Source of the DNA: Promethearchaeota archaeon
Lineage (GTDB): Archaea; Asgardarchaeota; Lokiarchaeia; Sigyniarchaeales; SOKP01
Length of the DNA: 64,000 nucleotides
Direction: 5' to 3'
Assembly (NCBI GenBank): GCA_048941285.1
Contig: JBHLNS010000009.1
Span: 36,893 to 100,892, forward strand
Position numbers and translations under genes: made by a program. Each line of letters begins with the position of its first letter. Within the stretch, counting starts at the first letter, position 1. Below are positions 58,501 to 64,000 of this stretch, one piece after another. The notes beneath the pieces were generated by a model. It saw only the letters and a list, made by a program, of their open reading frames with translations, searched no databases and was not told the DNA's origin.

Positions 58501-59130
58501 TTAGATATTTCTTAGCATACACCAAAGAGGTACATCGGTTTCGGGGATTGTCACATGGTCAATGATTTCAAATCCATATTTCTGGTAAAACCCCAAATTT
58601 TTTTCATTATTAGTCTCCAAGTAAATAGGAAATCCTTCATTTTCAATTTTTGGAATCATAGCCCTTAAAAGGTGCCCTCCGTATCCTTTTCTTTGTTCTT
58701 CTGGTTTCACGGCAATATTTTGAAGATACCAATGATCAAATGGCGCAAGTTCTTTATGTTTAGTTTCTGTATAACCAAATACAGTCATAGTTCTCTTCAT
58801 TGCTTTTAATTTTAAACCTACTTTACGCATTGTATAAAACCCACCATTTCTCATCAAAGTCCAAGTCGAAGGAAAGGTCTTGTTGGGGGGTAACCATACT
58901 ATAATTCCTTCTAAATGATTAGATGTCGCATAAGCTACTCCATGTCTCATTCCATAATTATAGATCATTCTAAATCCATATTGTAGTTTTTCCTTTCTTT
59001 CTTTCTCATCAGGATATATAAATAATGTGGTGGGATCCTCTTGAAATGCTTCACCTGCCACTTTACATATTTTATCAATATAGTCTGGTGTCAGTTTAAA
59101 ATAACTGTCTAATTCTATATTCACCTTCAT
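58501..59130 (-). CDS. GNAT acetyltransferase
   Basis: HWYLQNIAVKPEEQRKGYG..YLET..NLGFYQKYGF. Confidence 0.9.
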   Translation of the reverse strand: MKVNIELDSYFKLTPDYIDKICKVAGEAFQEDPTTLFIYPDEKERKEKLQYGFRMIYNYGMRHGVAYATSNHLEGIIVWLPPNKTFPSTWTLMRNGGFYTMRKVGLKLKAMKRTMTVFGYTETKHKELAPFDHWYLQNIAVKPEEQRKGYGGHLLRAMIPKIENEGFPIYLETNNEKNLGFYQKYGFEIIDHVTIPETDVPLWCMLRNI

Positions 59131-59318
59131 ATTAGAATTAAAAAAAAAATTCTATTAAAAAAGATTCGTAGACCAATATTGAGTATTTTTCCACAAGGGA
59201 TGGGCTAGTAATTTTTTTTGATCGATTGTATAACTTTTAAATATTAAGATGGGTTTAAATATCTGGTGAAGCTAGAGCTAAATTTTTTTTCATATAAAAC
59301 CGGAATAGGTGTAAAATA

Positions 59319-60164
59319 ATGAATGAAATTTTAAAATTAGCGGAAAACAAGAAGATTCATAGCTTATTTATCCTTAAAGAATCAGGAATTTGTATTTATA
59401 GTAGAAATTTTACAAGTAAATTTGAAAAAGTAGATATTGATTTAGTGACTAATTTCTTTGCAGCTTTATTTTTATTTGCTGAAGAGGTTACTTCAGAAAA
59501 AATGGAAAATCTTGAAATGGTTAATGTGAATTTACTATTTATATCAAGTAAAGATTTCTTAGAAGGCACAAAGGAAAATCTTATCTTTTGTCTCTTGGCT
59601 GATATTGACGAGAACAAAGTGTTTTTAAGAAACAATTTAATAATGGTAATGACCCAATTTTACAATATCCATGATGATTTAGTGCCAGCTAGGGTCAAAG
59701 GAACTCCCAAAGCAGTGTGGGACGCCCAGAAAGATTACCTTGTAATAAAAAGTAATGAATTAGATACCTTTGTTGATTCAATAATGTCAGGAGAATGGGA
59801 AATAGATAGTTATGAAGGATATTACAAAGAAGTAGAAAATTATCTTCATAAACTGATCTCTGAGAATGAGATTCTGGGAGCTGCGTTATTATCTATCACT
59901 GGAAACGCTATAAATTACAGTTTATCACAGAAACTATTTAGGCGTGCTTTAAAAGAATTAGAAATTAGACTCCAGTTAGGATATTCAGATCTTCCCTTAA
60001 TGATTCATGTTTTAGAAGATGGATGTAAAATCTTTACTAAAGAAATTGTAAACAAAGAATTTTTAATTCTTCATTTCGATTCCTCAATCCCTTTAGGAAT
60101 GTGCGACATTACTTCGAATGGAATAGCAGATCACATTGGTAAGTTGTTCAAAAGTTGGTGTTAA
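59319..60164 (+). CDS. Longin-like domain fused to a roadblock-like domain
   Basis: IHSLFILKESGICIYSRNF..DLVTNFFAALFLFAEEV (longin); ILGAALLSITGNAI (roadblock-like). Confidence 0.7.
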   Translation: MNEILKLAENKKIHSLFILKESGICIYSRNFTSKFEKVDIDLVTNFFAALFLFAEEVTSEKMENLEMVNVNLLFISSKDFLEGTKENLIFCLLADIDENKVFLRNNLIMVMTQFYNIHDDLVPARVKGTPKAVWDAQKDYLVIKSNELDTFVDSIMSGEWEIDSYEGYYKEVENYLHKLISENEILGAALLSITGNAINYSLSQKLFRRALKELEIRLQLGYSDLPLMIHVLEDGCKIFTKEIVNKEFLILHFDSSIPLGMCDITSNGIADHIGKLFKSWC

Positions 60165-60189
60165 ACAAATGAGAAAACGAAAAGAAAAA

Positions 60190-60237
60190 TTTCTCAAGGG
60201 ATTTTTCATTAAAATCAGATTCTGAATTTATCTTTTC
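60190..60237 (+). repeat. Dispersed intergenic repeat family, partial copy (block A)
   Basis: TTTTCATTAAAATCAGATTCTGAATTTA at 60203-60230. Confidence 0.6.
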
Positions 60238-60325
60238 ATTCCAAGATAATTTAATATTAATGACAATTTTATTGAAACAAAATGCTAGAATTTCTCTTCA
60301 TAAAAATTACATAGGTCTGAAAAAG

Positions 60326-61060
60326 ATGTCATTTGCTATTTTTTTTGATGATGGAGGGGTGTTAAACGATAATGCCATTCGAGCTCCCCAATGGAAAAAG
60401 TTTTGTGGAGAATTTTTTCATTCGAGGTTTGGAGGAGATCCTAAAGTGTGGGGCGAGGCAAACCAAAAAGTGATGAAGTCATTGGAAATCCATGGAATGG
60501 ATCCAAAAGAGATTTATGATGATTACTTAACATTTTACAAGAACTTCAAGAGTGAATGGGTAATAAAGATGTTTGAAGAAGCTGGAAGATCTGTACCACC
60601 TAAAGCGGAGCATGAAAGAATTTTTGACACTACAGTAGAATATGTATGGCCAAAAGTTCACTCAGCAATACCCGGAATCATTGAAAGCATTAAGATGCTC
60701 TATTCAAAAGGTTTTACCCTTTATACTTCTACTGGACTACCGTCAAGAGAAATAAAAATGGTCCTTGAAGGAATGGGCATTAAACATTTTTTTAGTGGTT
60801 TTTATGGACCAGATCTTATAAATACATGGAAATCTAGCTCCAATTTTTTTGAGGCTATATCCAAAGATATAAAATTAGAATCAAAAAAAACTATTGTCAT
60901 TGAAGATCAACCTAGTTTTATTGAAAATGCTCTCAAAACGGGAGCTAACGTAATACAAGCATGTGTAACAAGCGAATTTCAACCAAAATATCCATTTTAT
61001 GTCGAAAATATGCATCACCTTCCTAAAGTCATTGAAAATCTTATAAAAACTCTAGATTAA
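60326..61060 (+). CDS. HAD superfamily hydrolase
   Basis: FFDDGGVL, ST, K and IED motifs; ATG 60326 preferred over 60260. Confidence 0.85.
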   Translation: MSFAIFFDDGGVLNDNAIRAPQWKKFCGEFFHSRFGGDPKVWGEANQKVMKSLEIHGMDPKEIYDDYLTFYKNFKSEWVIKMFEEAGRSVPPKAEHERIFDTTVEYVWPKVHSAIPGIIESIKMLYSKGFTLYTSTGLPSREIKMVLEGMGIKHFFSGFYGPDLINTWKSSSNFFEAISKDIKLESKKTIVIEDQPSFIENALKTGANVIQACVTSEFQPKYPFYVENMHHLPKVIENLIKTLD

Positions 61061-61064
61061 TAGA

Positions 61065-61280
61065 AATTTTCCTAGCAATTTTCATTAATTTCAGACTTTG
61101 AATTTACCTTTTCTGAAAAATAGAAAAAGAAATTTAAAAATTATATTCAAGAACATATTCCTCCTTCCTTATCTCAAACTTCTCCAAATATTTTATCTTC
61201 CTTCACGCTCTAAGCCTGAACCTTGAGATCCTCTTTCGAACGCTACACTCTTGTGAAGGTTATGAACACGCTCCACCTAT
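61065..61280 (+). repeat. Dispersed intergenic repeat family, longest copy (blocks A, B and C)
   Basis: TCAGACTTTGAATTTA at 61091, ATCTCAAACT at 61171, CTCCAAATA at 61182, TCACGCTCTAA at 61203 and TCCTCTTTCGAACG at 61229. Confidence 0.75.
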
Positions 61281-61286
61281 CTTAAA

Positions 61287-61688
61287 TTATTCTAAATCTT
61301 CTTCAATAGTAGATGCTGTTGCTGAAGAACCAGGAGGCTTAAAAGGCCCTAGACGACTAAATACATTTTTCTCAAATCCTTCAAACCCATCTTCCGTAGA
61401 AAGAAGCAAAATACCATAATCCCCAAAAGATACTAATAAAAGTTGCCCATCTGAACCCTGAATGAATATCTCGTCCAAATTTTCTTCTCCCAATTCCATA
61501 ATTGATTGACGCCCTAATGAAAATAACGCTGAAGTCATCGCAGCAATCCTCGTCTCATCTATCCGTTTAGAAACAGCTGAAGCTATGGGTAATCCCTCTC
61601 GAGACACAATTGCCGCTGCTTTAACCCCCAAATTCTTAACTAGCAGCTTTTTTAAAATATTATCAAGATTTTCAGTACCTAGAACCAT
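61287..61688 (-). CDS. Roadblock/LC7 domain protein
   Basis: GVKAAAIVSREGLPIAS..DETRIAAMTSALFSLG..IFIQGSDG; ATG 61688 preferred. Confidence 0.9.
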   Translation of the reverse strand: MVLGTENLDNILKKLLVKNLGVKAAAIVSREGLPIASAVSKRIDETRIAAMTSALFSLGRQSIMELGEENLDEIFIQGSDGQLLLVSFGDYGILLLSTEDGFEGFEKNVFSRLGPFKPPGSSATASTIEEDLE

Positions 61689-61943
61689 GGATGTCCAATG
61701 AAAGATTCGTCCAATTAATATTAAAATAAGAAAGTTAAGTATAAAAATAATACCAAAGAACATACCCTATATTTCCATCTTAAATCTTACTTTTCTATCA
61801 AAATCCAAGATTCTACTCGGAGTTTCCTGATAAAAACTATTATTGTATTCTACACTAGAATAGAATCACTCGAAATCTAATAAAAATATAATAGATAATT
61901 CAAAAATCTAACAATTTTATAATACTAAAGTAATGGCATTAAC

Positions 61944-63014
61944 TTACTTTTTCTTATTTGCAATCTTTATCATTAAATCTACAGAAGTTTCAGGTGGAAT
62001 GATGGGTTGTTCTTTATTTTTTAGATGAATTGCCTCAGATGGGCATTTAGATACACAGACACCACATCCAATACAACGTTCTCTATTAATGGACGAGACG
62101 TCATTTGTGTTTATCGCTTCCATTGGACAGAGATCTGCACATATACCACACCCAGTGCATTGCTGCTCGTCAATTTCGGCAAAAAAGTTAGAAGCAAATA
62201 ATCTGGCAGGATTTTCAAGTTTTTTAGCATGAGAAAGAATGCCACAACAACATCCACAGCATATGCAGAATCCGCGTGCACTTTTGGAATTTCCGGGTTG
62301 AATTACGAGTCCCTTTTCTTCTGCCTTTTCTAATATTTTAAAAGCTTCTGCTTTAGTGATTTTTCTTGCATTACCGCTATCAAGATAATCTTGACTATTT
62401 ACAATGCACCGTTCGAGCCAATCGTGTTTACATTTAATTCCAATTAACTCTTTGGATTGAACACATATACATGGTGCTACTGCATAAGGACCTTCTACAT
62501 TCTCAAGTACCTTTCGTGCGTTATCATAATCCATAATAACATTCTCGTGAGAAATTGATGTAATGATAGGAATTGTGCGCATTTGGGGAATACCAGTATT
62601 TTCTCCTAAAAACTCTCTTATAAACCGCTCACCATAATCTTCGCTTGCCTGTGCCATTTCTTTAGATAAGCGATTAACATGAGTTTCAAAAAATCCCATA
62701 GCATAAGGTAAATTTCCATACGAAATTTGGCTATTTTTAGGATTCACCTCCTTATATATTATTCTTTTTTCTACCATAGCGTCTAATTTCTCTTGAGTCT
62801 CCTCAAGTGACATTCCTCTTTTCTTAGTGTGAGAATAAATTTCTTTTAGAGATACGGGAGTAAAATCCAAAAATGTTGCAAGTTCCGCTTGCTGTGGAGT
62901 AAAAAAAGCTTTTAATACCTTTATATCAGACCCATCTTCGGTAGAGGGGAACCCAATAGGCATCTTATCGAGATGTTTTTGTAAATCTCGATATACATTG
63001 TCATTAACTTGCAT
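61944..63014 (-). CDS. 4Fe-4S dicluster protein
   Basis: CIC, ICCGCCCG, CTGCGICADLCP and CIGCGVCVSKCP. Confidence 0.88.
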   Translation of the reverse strand: MQVNDNVYRDLQKHLDKMPIGFPSTEDGSDIKVLKAFFTPQQAELATFLDFTPVSLKEIYSHTKKRGMSLEETQEKLDAMVEKRIIYKEVNPKNSQISYGNLPYAMGFFETHVNRLSKEMAQASEDYGERFIREFLGENTGIPQMRTIPIITSISHENVIMDYDNARKVLENVEGPYAVAPCICVQSKELIGIKCKHDWLERCIVNSQDYLDSGNARKITKAEAFKILEKAEEKGLVIQPGNSKSARGFCICCGCCCGILSHAKKLENPARLFASNFFAEIDEQQCTGCGICADLCPMEAINTNDVSSINRERCIGCGVCVSKCPSEAIHLKNKEQPIIPPETSVDLMIKIANKKK

Positions 63015-63174
63015 CCTAATATCTTATTAAAATAATTCCTACATATAATTTTTATATTACAAATCTAAAAGTGATCCTCATAATTAAAACCTATCAAGAT
63101 ATACATTAGTCTAAATTATATTAAAGAGGCTTTTAAGTGGGACTTAGAAATGATTAAAAAGGGGTGATAAATAA

Positions 63175-63300
63175 GAAAAAAACATTAGAAAACTTGCTCT
63201 AGAACATACTCCAACGATCCTTCTCGATTTATTTCAAATTACTCCAAATACTCAACGACCCCTCACGCTCTAAAGAATAAACGTCAACAACGTTCGTTCT
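63175..63300 (+). repeat. Dispersed intergenic repeat family copy (block B)
   Basis: TTGCTCTAGAACATACTC at 63194-63211, CTCCAAATA at 63242 and TCACGCTCTAA at 63263. Confidence 0.75.
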
Positions 63301-63347
63301 CTAATACTTAAAACATCTTCCTTTTAACTATATAAAATTGAAGAGAT

Positions 63348-63365
63348 TGTTCAGAAATTCGAACA
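63348..63365. promoter_or_regulatory. TGTTC-N8-GAACA motif, 46 nt before ATG 63412
   Basis: TGTTCAGAAATTCGAACA; matches 48723-48740. Confidence 0.55.
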
Positions 63366-63411
63366 GAAATAAATTTATAAAGAAAAAATGGATCTTATTC
63401 AAAGAGAATAC

Positions 63412-63969
63412 ATGCAAAATCAACAATTGAAGTCTATAATTTTTAGAGTTGTCAATTGTGTTCTAATATTCCTGACATTTTTTAGCTGGCTAATGATTAC
63501 CAGCCTAAATTGGAATGTTCCGGAGTATATCAGAACATTATGGATTAAAGAGAGAGATATTTATGATCCCGTAATTTCAGATCTTTTTATCATGTCCATG
63601 CAATATATCCTTAATATTTTCGTACCTTATTTTACTTTATTTTTAATTTCTGTTATCGGCTTTTTCTTTATCAATGCATGGAAGGGAAAAATTAAATATT
63701 TAGAAGAGTTATTAATGAAAATTACATTTTACTCTGTGATACTTACATCTATAATATATATTATCGTATTAAATACACCATTACCGCCACCTCAAGAATT
63801 GCCTTTATTATTTTATGGGTATATCAGAAATAGGGAAGTTATGCAATTCTATTTTACGTTGCTTTCAGTAATTGGTGTCATATTGATTATTATTGCTATA
63901 ATTGGACTTCATATAATGAGCGAATTTAATAAAAAAAGAGAAATTGAACTACTTATTTTAAAAATCTAA
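63412..63969 (+). CDS. 4-TM membrane protein, paralog of 48787..49323
   Basis: Sequence similarity to the paralog, whose alignment supports the MQN start at 63412. Confidence 0.75.
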   Translation: MQNQQLKSIIFRVVNCVLIFLTFFSWLMITSLNWNVPEYIRTLWIKERDIYDPVISDLFIMSMQYILNIFVPYFTLFLISVIGFFFINAWKGKIKYLEELLMKITFYSVILTSIIYIIVLNTPLPPPQELPLLFYGYIRNREVMQFYFTLLSVIGVILIIIAIIGLHIMSEFNKKREIELLILKI

Positions 63970-63986
63970 ATGATTAGTTATTGCTC

Positions 63987-64000
63987 TCCTCTTTCGAACG
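63987..64000 (+). repeat. Repeat family fragment (block C) at the window edge
   Basis: TCCTCTTTCGAACG is identical to 61229-61242. Confidence 0.55.

Noticed and set aside
678-59635. Short ORF-track entries antisense to or nested in real genes (e.g. 678-944, 1390-1620, 4106-4324, 8443-8733, 15649-15912, 22404-22634, 25734-26141, 30832-31062, 56274-56600, 59396-59635)
   Set aside because: Shadow frames of well-supported genes, with no recognisable motifs or start signals.
61689-61763. Hydrophobic N-terminal extension on the roadblock protein as a membrane anchor
   Set aside because: Probably an AT-rich upstream read-through; ATG 61688 gives a normal-length roadblock domain. Not fully excluded.
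50915-64000. Classical integron attC array
   Set aside because: No clear RYYYAAC...GTTRRRY ends or long hairpins, genes lie on both strands, and no integron integrase is in the window. Kept only as an uncharacterised repeat family.
1-64000. CRISPR array, rRNA, transposase or integrase
   Set aside because: No regularly spaced repeats, long GC-rich RNA genes or recombinase motifs were found by eye.

Overview
AT-rich archaeal chromosome segment, most consistent with an Asgard archaeon of the Lokiarchaeia type. This is inferred from PolD, an unsplit Rpo2, TFE, PAN and Cbf5 occurring alongside four Rab-like small GTPases and roadblock, longin and arrestin-like proteins. Roughly 1-34.5 kb is core informational and metabolic genes: the cdc6 3' end, PolD DP1/DP2, three tRNAs, thiL, cbf5, rpoH-rpoB, tfe, mbf1, pan, nac, nrdD, mfnA, panB and ilvE. 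Roughly 34.5-64 kb is an accessory region of short, mostly single-gene units, small zinc-ribbon and membrane proteins, and gene remnants. The most notable observations are: (1) all three tRNAs carry only non-canonical introns, and tRNA-Leu(GAG) has three, two of which are 27/30 identical, suggesting an intron copied within one gene; (2) a degenerate intergenic repeat family at 50.9-64 kb, almost all in one orientation, whose best copy contains a palindrome resembling an Orc1/Cdc6 origin recognition box; (3) a Rab-like GTPase tightly coupled to a stand-alone 7TM protein; (4) a Rab-like GTPase with a long Pro/Glu tail and a zinc ribbon; (5) unannotated microproteins and shared palindromic operator-like motifs. 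No CRISPR array, rRNA, integrase or transposase was recognised. All family calls come from reading motifs by eye, not from database searches.
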